Under the pieces are notes generated by a model. It made no database searches. It saw only the letters and a program-made list of their open reading frames with translations, and had not been told where the DNA came from. A DNA stretch of 64,000 nucleotides from a virus: positions 2,177 to 66,176 of IMG/VR virus record IMGVR_UViG_3300037297_000388; one strand, given 5' to 3'. A program made the position numbers and the translations under genes. This document shows positions 17,647-26,190 of the stretch, one piece after another (position 1 is the stretch's first letter; the number at the start of each line of letters is the position of its first letter).

Positions 17647-18456
17647 TCATTTCCCCCGCGAAAGTAGTTCCCGGACCGATGGATCTTTGACTGCCGCAAC
17701 ATCCCGGAGGAGCCGTTTGGCCTCGTTGACCGCGCCCGCTTGCATAACCGCGGATTCCGTCATGCCGGCGGCGTTGGCGGCCAGGGTGATGAGCTCCATT
17801 TCGTCCGGGGTGAACCGGACGCCCTTTCTGACGACTCGCTGTATTGCCGGATCTTTGATATGACCAATCTTCACGCCTTTTTTACGGCCGGCGTTGGATC
17901 TGGGACCACCTTTCCCGGGGAAGAATACGAATCCCTGCCAATCGCAGTGAGCATCGAACACTTCCTGCAGGGCGTTTCGCTCTGCTGCCTTGGCGGCCTT
18001 CTTCGTGTTCCAAATGGAGTGGTAGACAAAATCATAGTGGTCGCCCGCGCCCGGGGTGTAGTCGAAAATGTCGGCGCGGATGAGATTCACTCTCTGGTCA
18101 TTCACGGCCGGTTTGACCAGGTCGATGATACCCTGGTGTTTTTCGATGACTCGGATGAGCTCCACGTCCTCCTGCTCGAGCAGCTTGAAAAGGGTCTCCC
18201 CGAGTCCGAGCCCGCTGATGAGTATCCGGCCACGAGCTCGTCTCAGGAAATGCTGATGCCGGGACAGATTTTTAGGGTGGTTGTCTGCGATCGGCGCTCC
18301 ATTCTGTAGGAGCTGCTGGTATATGATGGACAATTTGATGTCGACGGCGTCCTTCACCTCGAAGTTGCCAGCTATTCCCTCTTGGATACGGGTAATATTC
18401 TGTGAGTAGTCAACACCAAAAACCTCGGCGCCGATCTCTGTTTTCTCTATGTTCAC
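17647..18456 (-). CDS. Class I SAM-methyltransferase-like (spermidine-synthase-like) domain fused to AT-hook-like and RHH-like DNA-binding segment
   Basis: ILISGLGLG, IRVIEK, ADIFDY, YDFVYHSIW; then GGPRSNAGRKK and GVRFTPDEMELITLAANAAGMTES. Confidence 0.7.
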   Translation of the reverse strand: MNIEKTEIGAEVFGVDYSQNITRIQEGIAGNFEVKDAVDIKLSIIYQQLLQNGAPIADNHPKNLSRHQHFLRRARGRILISGLGLGETLFKLLEQEDVELIRVIEKHQGIIDLVKPAVNDQRVNLIRADIFDYTPGAGDHYDFVYHSIWNTKKAAKAAERNALQEVFDAHCDWQGFVFFPGKGGPRSNAGRKKGVKIGHIKDPAIQRVVRKGVRFTPDEMELITLAANAAGMTESAVMQAGAVNEAKRLLRDVAAVKDPSVRELLSRGK

Positions 18457-18953
18457 GGGTGCACCTCCCACGCGCGGACGATCCACGCGAGGTACTTCTC
18501 AAGTGCTGCCTCCTCCGCCATCGCCTCCGCCGCCCTCGCCGCCGCCCACGCCGCCGCCTCCGCCGCCCACCACGCCTCCGCCGCCCTCGCCGCCGCCCAC
18601 GCCGCCTCCGCCTCCCACCTCGCCTCCACCGCCTCCACCGTATCCACCGTATCCACCGCCCTCGCCTTGGTGTCATCGGTCATGAGATACCAGTAGCAGA
18701 CATCGGGGCAGTTCCATCTATCAACGACATCGAGAGCGATCAATCGGGAAATGCGATTTGCGGTATGTGGAGAGGTCCGGTAGAGCAATCGAGACAAAAT
18801 ACAGATCTTGTCGTTGATCGGGATGTCGAGATCAGCGATTTCTCGCGGAGTGATTTGATCACGACCGGCCGCTAATTCGACTAAACGATCGATCGGGTAA
18901 TTATCTTCGCAGGGTCCTTCTGCGAGAATATCTTCCATCGTGTATGTTTTCAT
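18453..18953 (-). CDS. Ala/Trp-repeat phage protein, paralog B
   Basis: Same N- and C-termini as 16848-17381. Confidence 0.8.
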   Translation of the reverse strand: MKTYTMEDILAEGPCEDNYPIDRLVELAAGRDQITPREIADLDIPINDKICILSRLLYRTSPHTANRISRLIALDVVDRWNCPDVCYWYLMTDDTKARAVDTVDTVEAVEARWEAEAAWAAARAAEAWWAAEAAAWAAARAAEAMAEEAALEKYLAWIVRAWEVHP

Positions 18954-18995
18954 TTTAACCTCCCAAAAACGCGCGAGCAGCTATTTCGGCCGCCG

Positions 18996-19295
18996 CTACA
19001 CTCCTCCTTCGCCGAGCTCAACGACCGTCACATCGACGGCCCACGGCCCGTTGTGGTCACAGATGACAATTATCCTGTCATCGTCCACCGCGACGATATT
19101 ACCCGTTGGGTCGAGGTCGCCCTCAACTCGGTATCCCTCATATTCTGCGGCACTGGTTGGGCTCTCGTCCGATACGTTTCCAGCCGGGGATGATCCAACA
19201 GCATATCCGCGGCCGGCGTCATTGCCGCGGCGCCAGGCGTTCATAAGCTCACTAGCGTCACCGTGCCAATACCCGTCTTTGGTTCTGATTCTCAT
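18996..19295 (-). CDS. Hypothetical protein, paralog of 19741-20034
   Basis: Shared GN.AG.G.A.G and DHNGPWAVDVTVVELGEGG. Confidence 0.7.
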   Translation of the reverse strand: MRIRTKDGYWHGDASELMNAWRRGNDAGRGYAVGSSPAGNVSDESPTSAAEYEGYRVEGDLDPTGNIVAVDDDRIIVICDHNGPWAVDVTVVELGEGGV

Positions 19296-19310
19296 CTCTC
19301 ATCTCTCATC

Positions 19311-19348
19311 TCCTTTGTTGTGGCCGATTGGCCCGTGGGGGTCAATCA
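19311..19348 (-). repeat. Intergenic cassette repeat
   Basis: GATTGACCCCCACGGGCCAATCGGCCACAACAAAGGA. Confidence 0.85.
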
Positions 19349-19731
19349 CGATCAATCCATTCAAGCGGCCATGATTCTGACAATCGATTGGGGATAAATC
19401 GATTGTGATCCCCAGATGAAACAGGGTCGCTATCAGTTATACTGCCGTCAATTGCCCTGCCACCTCCGAGTGATTTGGCATATACACGTGCGGCTCTGTT
19501 CTGTTCCGTTCGTTCTATCCTTTCACGAACTTTTTTTCTTACAACCGCTGCCGTGGATGCTGGCAGAGATGATGTAGGATCTATTGGTTGGGCCATAGCC
19601 TTGTACTCTCCTGATACATAATCAAAATGATCATGAGCAAAGTTATAAGCCCGCTCAACCATTGAATTAAAATCAAATCTATCTTTGATTCCTGGAAGAA
19701 ACTCATTGGACCTTCTTATTCTAGCCATCAA
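19342..19731 (-). CDS. Hypothetical protein
   Basis: 129-aa ORF with AGGAGG RBS. Confidence 0.55.
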   Translation of the reverse strand: MMARIRRSNEFLPGIKDRFDFNSMVERAYNFAHDHFDYVSGEYKAMAQPIDPTSSLPASTAAVVRKKVRERIERTEQNRAARVYAKSLGGGRAIDGSITDSDPVSSGDHNRFIPNRLSESWPLEWIDRD

Positions 19732-19740
19732 ACACCTCCT

Positions 19741-20034
19741 TTAGTTACCGAATCCGCAGTTGCCAGCTCCGCCGCCTTCGCCGAGCTCAACGACCGTCAC
19801 ATCGACGGCCCACGGCCCGTTGTGGTCACGGACGACAATCGCGTGTCCGTCGTCATCGCATCCGACGACGCTACCATCCGGAGTAATGACCTCTATCTCA
19901 GTGAGACCGTAGTCCTCAGCGGCCTCTTCTGGGGACATATCGTCGGCCCCGATCGCGAATCCTTTTCCGGCGTTGTTGCCGATGCGCCACGACTCGAGCA
20001 GTCCTTCCGTTTCGTTTTCCGTTGTTTTTAGCAT
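19741..20034 (-). CDS. Hypothetical protein, paralog of 18996-19295
   Basis: 55 bp identical (19775-19829 versus 19006-19060). Confidence 0.7.
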   Translation of the reverse strand: MLKTTENETEGLLESWRIGNNAGKGFAIGADDMSPEEAAEDYGLTEIEVITPDGSVVGCDDDGHAIVVRDHNGPWAVDVTVVELGEGGGAGNCGFGN

Positions 20035-20118
20035 CTCTCATCTCCTTCGTTCATCATGCCAAAATATTGGCCAATGGTCGATTGATCATCTACCCAACAA
20101 AATTCGGTATGTCATCAA

Positions 20119-20394
20119 TCATCTTCTGGTCTTGCCGTATTTTTCTATCCATTTCCTTATTTCTGCTTGGGCTGATTTTTCTACCGCTAATGCAGGATGA
20201 GCGATCGGGTTTCCGCGCGAGTCTGACACGACCAACCCGTCATGGTCTATTCTGCGCCTGGCCTCTCGCTGTGTCGCAACCTGACAACATAGTGATTCCA
20301 AACCAATAATACTGATTCTGTCCGTGACCTGCGGCGCGATCTCGGCCCATATTTCTGACATCTCACCGGTTATGTGGTTTGGGCAACTGATCAT
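20119..20394 (-). CDS. P27-family terminase small subunit-like protein
   Basis: CPNHITGEMSEIWAEIAPQV...LESLC...GLVVSDSRGNPIAHPALAVEKSAQAEI. Confidence 0.7.
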   Translation of the reverse strand: MISCPNHITGEMSEIWAEIAPQVTDRISIIGLESLCCQVATQREARRRIDHDGLVVSDSRGNPIAHPALAVEKSAQAEIRKWIEKYGKTRR

Positions 20395-21026
20395 TTTAAC
20401 CTCCCTACAGACACCGTTCCCGTTTTGATGGAATACGGCTTGTGTTTAGACGGGATTCCGTCGAGTAATGGTATCCCTTGTTTAAAGTTTCCTTCCTCGA
20501 CTTCTGTGAAAAGATCATCGGCGATTTTTCGCATGAACATTGCAAGTTCTGGGTCGTCACTGATCTCCAAATTTTCGAGTCTTGGGTTTTCGTTCAGATT
20601 CATGCTCGTCCTGAGGACGAGGTTCCAATTTTTGTTCTGTATAAGCACAAATTTTGCATGCGACCTAGTAGTGCGAATACATCGATCTCCAAATAGTGCT
20701 CGCATCGTGTCACAATATGCTGGCTGTCTAGTTGCAAATGACCGGTCGACGATAAACCGCAAAGACAGAATTGATGCACCTTGCACTTGTTTTTTTGTTC
20801 TGCGAAGATCAGCATTTGCGGCTGTCCACGTCGCTATTACAACATCAGCTGGACCAGTCTGAGTGAGACACTCGCAAATTGCGTCCATCAATGAAAACTG
20901 GCCGAATGTAAGGATGTATATTTCACAATTTTTATGAAGTGCCCCAATAGCATCCTTGGCATTAGCGGTTTTTTCAATGTTTAGTTGTCTGCTTCTTTGT
21001 CGTCCTTTATGAGCCGCGTGTTTCAT
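20391..21026 (-). CDS. Phospholipase D (HKD) superfamily nuclease-like protein
   Basis: IATWT, SHAKFVLI...LRTSMNLNENPRLE (HxK...SxN pattern). Confidence 0.7.
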   Translation of the reverse strand: MKHAAHKGRQRSRQLNIEKTANAKDAIGALHKNCEIYILTFGQFSLMDAICECLTQTGPADVVIATWTAANADLRRTKKQVQGASILSLRFIVDRSFATRQPAYCDTMRALFGDRCIRTTRSHAKFVLIQNKNWNLVLRTSMNLNENPRLENLEISDDPELAMFMRKIADDLFTEVEEGNFKQGIPLLDGIPSKHKPYSIKTGTVSVGRLK

Positions 21027-21045
21027 TGATAAGTTCTCCTTTTCT

Positions 21046-21105
21046 GGCCGTGATTGGCCGCCAATGAGGCCCACCAGCGTTGATGGGCCCGATGGGGGTC
21101 AATCA
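21046..21105 (-). repeat. Intergenic cassette repeat (variant)
   Basis: GATTGACCCCCATCGGGCCCATCAAC...GGCCAATCACGGCCA. Confidence 0.75.
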
Positions 21106-21106
21106 A

Positions 21107-21412
21107 TTATCTGTTGAGGCGACCTCGATTCCTCCAATATTCCTCTTCATCCTCTTCATAGATCCTCAACCATTCGACACCATCCCATTCTGACCACATA
21201 TCAAGGTCGGATACATCATCACCAATCGCAACATCGACCGGTTCCCTGAGCTCGCACGCCCCGTATCCGTGAGAATACCCGTCACTCGCGATAGCACCGT
21301 TGTGTCGTCGGACATATTCCTCAGCCGTTTCGGTTGACCGGTGGCGACAAACCACGGCCCTGCGCGGAGTCTGACAAGCATTTTCATAGTAACTGATTAT
21401 TTCCGTTTTCAT
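21107..21412 (-). CDS. Acidic hypothetical protein, first gene of the leftward unit
   Basis: CAACAAAGGAGA RBS downstream of a consensus promoter. Confidence 0.7.
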   Translation of the reverse strand: MKTEIISYYENACQTPRRAVVCRHRSTETAEEYVRRHNGAIASDGYSHGYGACELREPVDVAIGDDVSDLDMWSEWDGVEWLRIYEEDEEEYWRNRGRLNR

Positions 21413-21465
21413 TTCTCATCTCCTTTGTTGTGGCGCGTCATTGCGCTTCCGCATCATCTAAATAA

Positions 21466-21494
21466 AGTATAAGCCCTGAAAATAAAACTGTCAA
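21466..21494 (-). promoter_or_regulatory. Consensus sigma70 promoter (leftward)
   Basis: TTGACA-17-TATACT. Confidence 0.8.
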
Positions 21495-21558
21495 GCAAAA
21501 AAATCAAAGAAATAAAAAATAAATTCCCAGTGAGGGCAATTTAAGCCCTAAAAATAGA

Positions 21559-21587
21559 TTGACAAGGAAGATAAAAGTGAGCAAAAT
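21559..21587 (+). promoter_or_regulatory. Divergent rightward promoter
   Basis: TTGACA-17-CAAAAT with TTGACAAGGA motif. Confidence 0.6.
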
Positions 21588-21625
21588 ACCCGGAGCGGCT
21601 ATAGAAGGAGTGAATAAGGCCTAAC

Positions 21626-21858
21626 ATGTACAGATTGCGCGAGAAAATTGGCTTCGATACCACCCGCGACGCGGTGGTTGAGGGGTGCAACGCGGCAATC
21701 AACCTCAACAAACACGTCGCCCAGGGGTACTGGGAGACGGAAAACGGACGTGGAGAGGGCGTAAGTCTGTGGGCTGGCCCCAGCAATCCTCAGTGAAGCG
21801 TCAAGGCGGCTGCCATGACTGTTAAAAAAACAGACATCGGTTTAAGTCCGCTCTGCCA
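21626..21858 (+). mobile_element. tnpB C-terminal remnant plus omegaRNA-like scaffold, copy 3
   Basis: Mini-ORF 21626-21796 contains NAAINLNKHVAQGYWETENGRGEGV; NAAINL is the TnpB RuvC-III pattern; core 21714-21858. Confidence 0.78.
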
Positions 21859-21869
21859 AACTATAGAAA

Positions 21870-23063
21870 ATGGCTTTCTACAACGAAATAGACCCATTCG
21901 CGGCAAACTGGCTACGGAGATTGATTGATGCTGGAGAACTTGCAGTTGGACGAGTATCTGAAACCGACATCAGAGAACTCTCAACAGCCGACATTACCGA
22001 CCGAGGCCGAGCCCACTTCTTTGCCGGCATCGGAGGATGGGACCTTGCATTGCAACTCGCGGGATGGCCTTCAGACTGGCCAGTGTGGACCGGAAGTTGC
22101 CCGTGCCAACCCTGGAGCATCGCCGGAAAAGGGAGCGGGAAAAACGACGCCCGGCACCTCTGGCCGGACTGGTTCAGGCTCATCAAGGAGTGCCACCCTC
22201 CAATCATCTTTGGAGAGCAGGTTGCGAGCCCGGCTGGACGGGCGTGGTTCGATATTGTATCGGCTGACATGGAAGACCAGGACTACGCCGTCGGGGCGGC
22301 CGATCTGTGCGCTTGTGGGGTCGGTGCCCCGCACCTCCGGCAGCGACTCTACTGGGTGGCCATCGCCGATGGTTTCCGACAAGAATGGAGCCAGAAAACC
22401 GGACACCAAGAGGGGGCCAACACCGGGACTAACCTTTTGCGCAAAACTCGCGGCCTGGCCGACGCCGGTCGTGAGCGACTCAACAGGATCGGAGTACACG
22501 TACAGCCACGGAGATCACAACAAGGTGACGCTGAAGCTTGGAGGGACAGCGAAGCTTGCGGGTTGGTTGACCCCGAAGCTCCCGAGCGGCGGGGGACGCC
22601 CCACGAGGGAAACGCCGGGGGGCGGGCTGAGAAAACTGGAGGACCAGGCGCAACTCATCCGAGTTCCGTGGGGAACGCCGACGAGCCAAGAGGCGGGTGG
22701 GAGTCTGGAGGCGTTTGTCGAGCGGAAAAAGGATCTCCCGTGTGGGAAGAGCCTGACGGCGCTGAATCTACAGGCCCAGCTGACATGTGGTCCGACGCAG
22801 AATGGATTCCCTGTACTGACGGCAAAGCGCGGCCGGCTCAACCCGGCTCATTCCCGCTGGCTCATGGGCTTCCCCTCAGCCTGGGACGACTGCGCCCCTG
22901 GGAACGACAGCTGGCTGATGTGGCAGGAGCTGATGTGCGAAGTCTCAAGAAAGCAGGGCGAAACCGAGTCGGACGGCTCCGAGGATACGGCAACGCCATC
23001 GTCCCCGAGCTCGCAGCCGAATTCATACGAGCAGTAATGGAGGAACTGTCGTGCTTACAGTGA
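21870..23063 (+). CDS. C5-cytosine DNA methyltransferase, large (alpha) chain
   Basis: HFFAGIGGW (I), TGSCPCQP (IV), GEQV (VI), [11 protein letters not shown] (VIII), [11 protein letters not shown] (X). Confidence 0.92.
   Translation: MAFYNEIDPFAANWLRRLIDAGELAVGRVSETDIRELSTADITDRGRAHFFAGIGGWDLALQLAGWPSDWPVWTGSCPCQPWSIAGKGSGKNDARHLWPDWFRLIKECHPPIIFGEQVASPAGRAWFDIVSADMEDQDYAVGAADLCACGVGAPHLRQRLYWVAIADGFRQEWSQKTGHQEGANTGTNLLRKTRGLADAGRERLNRIGVHVQPRRSQQGDAEAWRDSEACGLVDPEAPERRGTPHEGNAGGRAEKTGGPGATHPSSVGNADEPRGGWESGGVCRAEKGSPVWEEPDGAESTGPADMWSDAEWIPCTDGKARPAQPGSFPLAHGLPLSLGRLRPWERQLADVAGADVRSLKKAGRNRVGRLRGYGNAIVPELAAEFIRAVMEELSCLQ
21925..23037 (+). CDS. Overlapping alternative-frame ORF supplying TRD-like repeats and motif IX (beta chain)
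   Basis: 370-aa +1-frame ORF with WP(T/S)P repeats and [18 protein letters not shown]. Confidence 0.8.
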   Translation: MMLENLQLDEYLKPTSENSQQPTLPTEAEPTSLPASEDGTLHCNSRDGLQTGQCGPEVARANPGASPEKGAGKTTPGTSGRTGSGSSRSATLQSSLESRLRARLDGRGSILYRLTWKTRTTPSGRPICALVGSVPRTSGSDSTGWPSPMVSDKNGARKPDTKRGPTPGLTFCAKLAAWPTPVVSDSTGSEYTYSHGDHNKVTLKLGGTAKLAGWLTPKLPSGGGRPTRETPGGGLRKLEDQAQLIRVPWGTPTSQEAGGSLEAFVERKKDLPCGKSLTALNLQAQLTCGPTQNGFPVLTAKRGRLNPAHSRWLMGFPSAWDDCAPGNDSWLMWQELMCEVSRKQGETESDGSEDTATPSSPSSQPNSYEQ

Positions 23064-23124
23064 GCTTTTTCATAGTCGGATTGATGATCGGCATTGTCAC
23101 TGGGATTCTCGTGGAGAGAAACAG

Positions 23125-23361
23125 GTGGATAGGATGATCGAGATTGGCCCCACCCATCGGCGTCCTGTAGGCCCCATCATCGACGCCCATGGCAAGATGA
23201 TCGTCGTCTGTGATGATGGGGCCGTGTTCGAGTTCTCCGAGAGTGAAGAGGACTGGGTTCCATGGCCGCCAATCCCTGGATCGGAGGAAGCAGACAGGCG
23301 GGATGCCAAGTTGAAGAGGGTGTCTGAGGAGTTGAAGGCCCACTTCAGTGATAAGGAATAG
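23125..23361 (+). CDS. Hypothetical protein
   Basis: VCDDGAVF...W...PIPGS motif shared with 30414-30791. Confidence 0.55.
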   Translation: MDRMIEIGPTHRRPVGPIIDAHGKMIVVCDDGAVFEFSESEEDWVPWPPIPGSEEADRRDAKLKRVSEELKAHFSDKE

Positions 23362-23572
23362 CATAATGAGGTGCGTGATTTGTAATGTCAACGTGAGCCT
23401 GCCGACAGGGTGGGTTTTGTCCACCAAATCATGGCTTTGTGGCGCATGCGCACGAGAGTTTGCCAGGTGGTACAAACAACGGATGTGCAGGCAGAACCAT
23501 GACAAGGGCGCGGGCTGTTTCAATGAGGCCGCTGCGGGGGCAATAAAAGGAGAAGAGGGGGCGAAAAAATGA
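23348..23572 (+). CDS. Small zinc-finger-like protein
   Basis: CVIC...CGAC. Confidence 0.5.
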   Translation: MIRNSIMRCVICNVNVSLPTGWVLSTKSWLCGACAREFARWYKQRMCRQNHDKGAGCFNEAAAGAIKGEEGAKK

Positions 23573-24252
23573 AGACGTCATACGTGACTCTACAGCCCGA
23601 CATGGCATACCGAGCGGGATATAAAGGGATGATGCGGCGGGTCATTGTTCCACAACCAATGCACGACATCCCGGGCGCATCGTGGGTGTTCGATGGCACC
23701 CACTAGTGCTATCCCAACGTGTGCCCGGAGATCAGGGTAAAACTGCGGTATGGCGGCCCCGGCGACAAGATCATTCTCGGAACGACGTGGGCGGTTCCCG
23801 CTAAATATGACCACTTGAAACCGACTGAGTTACCGGTTGGTCATTTTGCCAGCCTGGGACAAATCCAGTACGATGATGAAAAACCCTACACGCCGATCCC
23901 GATCTGGTCCTACTTCGACTCCGACAAGAAGCCGAATGGATTTGGAAGGCTTCGGCCGGGTCGCTTCCTCCCCATGGAACTCCGCCTCCGGATGCCGCAG
24001 GAAAGATTGACCGACGTGCGCGCCGAGCGGGTGCAGAGAATCACAGAGGAGGACTGCGAGCAAGAGGGATTCGCCTATGAACGACATAGAATCAAAGGCA
24101 TTGTCGACAGATGGAAATACGGGTCATCAAAAATACCCGACCTTGATGGTAAATCGAGGGACTGGTTTGCATCCCTTTGGGACCGCCTCAACGCGCCTCG
24201 AGGCTACCCCTGGGCGTCTAATCCGTGGGTGCTTGCCTACAAATGGTGGTGA
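23569..24252 (+). pseudogene. ASCH-like phage protein with an in-frame TAG at 23704-23706
   Basis: N-part MKTSYVTLQPDM...MMRRVIVPQP is in frame with the C-part ...RPGRFLP...VRAERVQRITEEDCEQEG...NPWV. Confidence 0.7.
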
Positions 24253-24256
24253 TACC

Positions 24257-24541
24257 ATGGTGGCGGAGAAAAAGAGGATATTGGTCACTATCGCTCAGCA
24301 CAACGTCTACGAGGGGATTCTCTCCTTTTGGAGGAAGCACTTTCGGGCGCCATCTCAGTATGAGCTCGCCGGCGCCATCGGAGTCTCTCGCCGGCTTGTG
24401 AATGAATGCATAGGAGCACTCACGAGCAAAGGACTGGTGTCCCAGGCGCCGAGCATGGGTGTCGGCGCGGGGGCTGGGACACTCAAGCCGACCTCTCTCA
24501 AGGTGAAATTCACAGGGCAAGGAGGGTATTTATTTTGGTGA
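24257..24541 (+). CDS. LexA-like winged-helix DNA-binding protein
   Basis: FWRKHFRAPSQYELAGAIGVSRRLVNECIGALTSKGLV. Confidence 0.7.
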   Translation: MVAEKKRILVTIAQHNVYEGILSFWRKHFRAPSQYELAGAIGVSRRLVNECIGALTSKGLVSQAPSMGVGAGAGTLKPTSLKVKFTGQGGYLFW

Positions 24542-24936
24542 AGCGTTATGCCATGGACACGACGAAGGGTGAGATGTTCGAAATCGCAAAGGGAGCATAT
24601 GTGCTCTACGACGACGTCAAGGAGTTTCTGATAGAGAAGGAGGGCCCATCCTCCGCTGATTACCCCCCGCCCACGCGGCCGGGTTGGTATTGGATATTAC
24701 CCCGACTCTCGGAGAACTACATCAGGTCCTTGCCGCCAGAGCTCAAGGAGATGGAGGTAATGTCTAGTATTCGCGTGATCAGGGTCGACTATGCGACGGT
24801 GGATGGAGTGAGGCAACTGTGCGCTATCCACCCTTGCGTGGATGTGCCTATTATGTACCACAAAAAATGTGCCACCACTTGGGGCCCCCGTGTTCCGGAC
24901 TGGGTCCCGCGGATTCAGAACGAGGATGAGGATTGA
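24538..24936 (+). CDS. Hypothetical protein
   Basis: GTGA-coupled; PPTRPGWYW motif. Confidence 0.55.
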   Translation: MKRYAMDTTKGEMFEIAKGAYVLYDDVKEFLIEKEGPSSADYPPPTRPGWYWILPRLSENYIRSLPPELKEMEVMSSIRVIRVDYATVDGVRQLCAIHPCVDVPIMYHKKCATTWGPRVPDWVPRIQNEDED

Positions 24937-24947
24937 GGTGAACGATA

Positions 24948-25583
24948 ATGAGACAAAGACCAACTGAACTAGGCTATTATTGGTGGAGGGTCGATGGTGG
25001 TCACCCATGGGAGCCCGTCCATGTCAGGAAGAACAATGATGGCGAGCTCATCTGTCGGTGGATCGGACATCGTGACTTTGGATTTCTATCTGCTGTCTCC
25101 GGTGAGTGGGGCGGGCCGGTACAGCCGCCGGAGATGGAACGAGAACCGGGCCGCGCCGCGGCCAACCAACCGAACCCCGTGGACCTCGACTGGCTCTTCA
25201 CGACGATCGACTGTGGGGATAACAGCTGCCCCTTTCAGGATCTGTCTAAGCCAAGAGGTATGCGAACAAACGGCGGGTGCCGGTGTTTTAACGAACTGCC
25301 TGCTGAAAAAAAGCGATTTGTTTACAAGATGTTTCGACACCTCCTGGAAATGAAAATGGAAATTACATCGCTCAAAGAGGATAAGGAGGGAGGAAATAGA
25401 CAAGGTTATCTAGAATTGAAATTGACAGCTATCGCCGACGGCGACTACTGCAATCCGGAGTGCCCATTCCTTGCATGGGACGATCAGGAGTGTCGATTAT
25501 TCGGTCGGGTTTATTCCTTTTCGAGTGGTTCACGTAGGCTCTACACGCGGCCAGAGGCCTGTAGAAAGGCGACGGAGGGATGA
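24948..25583 (+). CDS. Hypothetical Cys-rich protein
   Basis: PTELGYYWW; CGDNSC...GGCRC; CNPECPFL..C..F. Confidence 0.6.
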   Translation: MRQRPTELGYYWWRVDGGHPWEPVHVRKNNDGELICRWIGHRDFGFLSAVSGEWGGPVQPPEMEREPGRAAANQPNPVDLDWLFTTIDCGDNSCPFQDLSKPRGMRTNGGCRCFNELPAEKKRFVYKMFRHLLEMKMEITSLKEDKEGGNRQGYLELKLTAIADGDYCNPECPFLAWDDQECRLFGRVYSFSSGSRRLYTRPEACRKATEG

Positions 25584-25834
25584 TAATAACGATACCAGGT
25601 GAATACAAGCTGCTCGAGAGCTACCAATTCAGGGGCCCCGGGAGCGTACTTTCTTGCGACGCTGGATATATTGTCGACATCAGACAGATAGACAAAAGCT
25701 CCAAAAAGGTAATCGGCCCCGATCTTCCTGATTGGGTATACTGGGACCTGCCAGTTGTTCCCGTCGACCTCGGCGAGCCTGTCGTTGAAGGGGTGCTGGA
25801 CGTGATGGCATTTCCTTTGGACGGAGGTGACTAG
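25580..25834 (+). CDS. Hypothetical protein
   Basis: ATGA-coupled ORF. Confidence 0.55.
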   Translation: MIITIPGEYKLLESYQFRGPGSVLSCDAGYIVDIRQIDKSSKKVIGPDLPDWVYWDLPVVPVDLGEPVVEGVLDVMAFPLDGGD

Positions 25835-25899
25835 GTGAAAAAAGAGATGACACATATTGGCACAATTGACCGACTATTCGGCCATATTGGGAAGATAAA

Positions 25900-26148
25900 A
25901 TGGCTGTGAGCCACGAGAGGGGTTGGGAAATTGTCTATCGCCAAAGTACACATGAATGGCTTTACGTAGACACGATGGAGCCCTGTACGCACCGTCGGCC
26001 GTGTAGAAGATGTGGGTTGGCTCCGACAAAGGAGGGCCATGATGCCTGTTTAGGGCGCCTGCCAGGAAATATTGTGAGCGCCTGCTGTGGTCATGGCGTT
26101 CACGCTCCGATACTACTTAGGAGGGGAGAGGGCGATATTTCCTGGTGA
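25900..26148 (+). CDS. Small phage zinc-binding protein
   Basis: RPCRRCG...EGHDACLG.LPG...SACCGHG. Confidence 0.65.
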   Translation: MAVSHERGWEIVYRQSTHEWLYVDTMEPCTHRRPCRRCGLAPTKEGHDACLGRLPGNIVSACCGHGVHAPILLRRGEGDISW

Positions 26149-26190
26149 GACCAGATATCACTTCGAAGGAGAGTGAGGCGGAGGTAAAGG

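Noticed and set aside
16697-18503. Diversity-generating retroelement TR/VR pair
   Set aside because: No reverse transcriptase in the window, and the differences are not adenine-specific
16630-18685. Gly-rich, Pro-rich and Arg-rich ORFs in the track (16630-17076 upstream part, 16799-17113, 18410-18676, 18449-18685)
   Set aside because: Alternative-frame shadows of the Ala-repeat codons
16083-21105. GATTGACCCC repeats as a CRISPR array
   Set aside because: Irregular spacing; whole genes lie between the repeats
21626-21796. Functional tnpB or tnpA gene
   Set aside because: Only 39-56-aa remnants are present; no RuvC-I/II, zinc finger, Y1 or serine transposase in the window
23704-23706. Genome-wide TAG recoding
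   Set aside because: Long genes are intact under code 11, and TAG ends genes such as the tail tube
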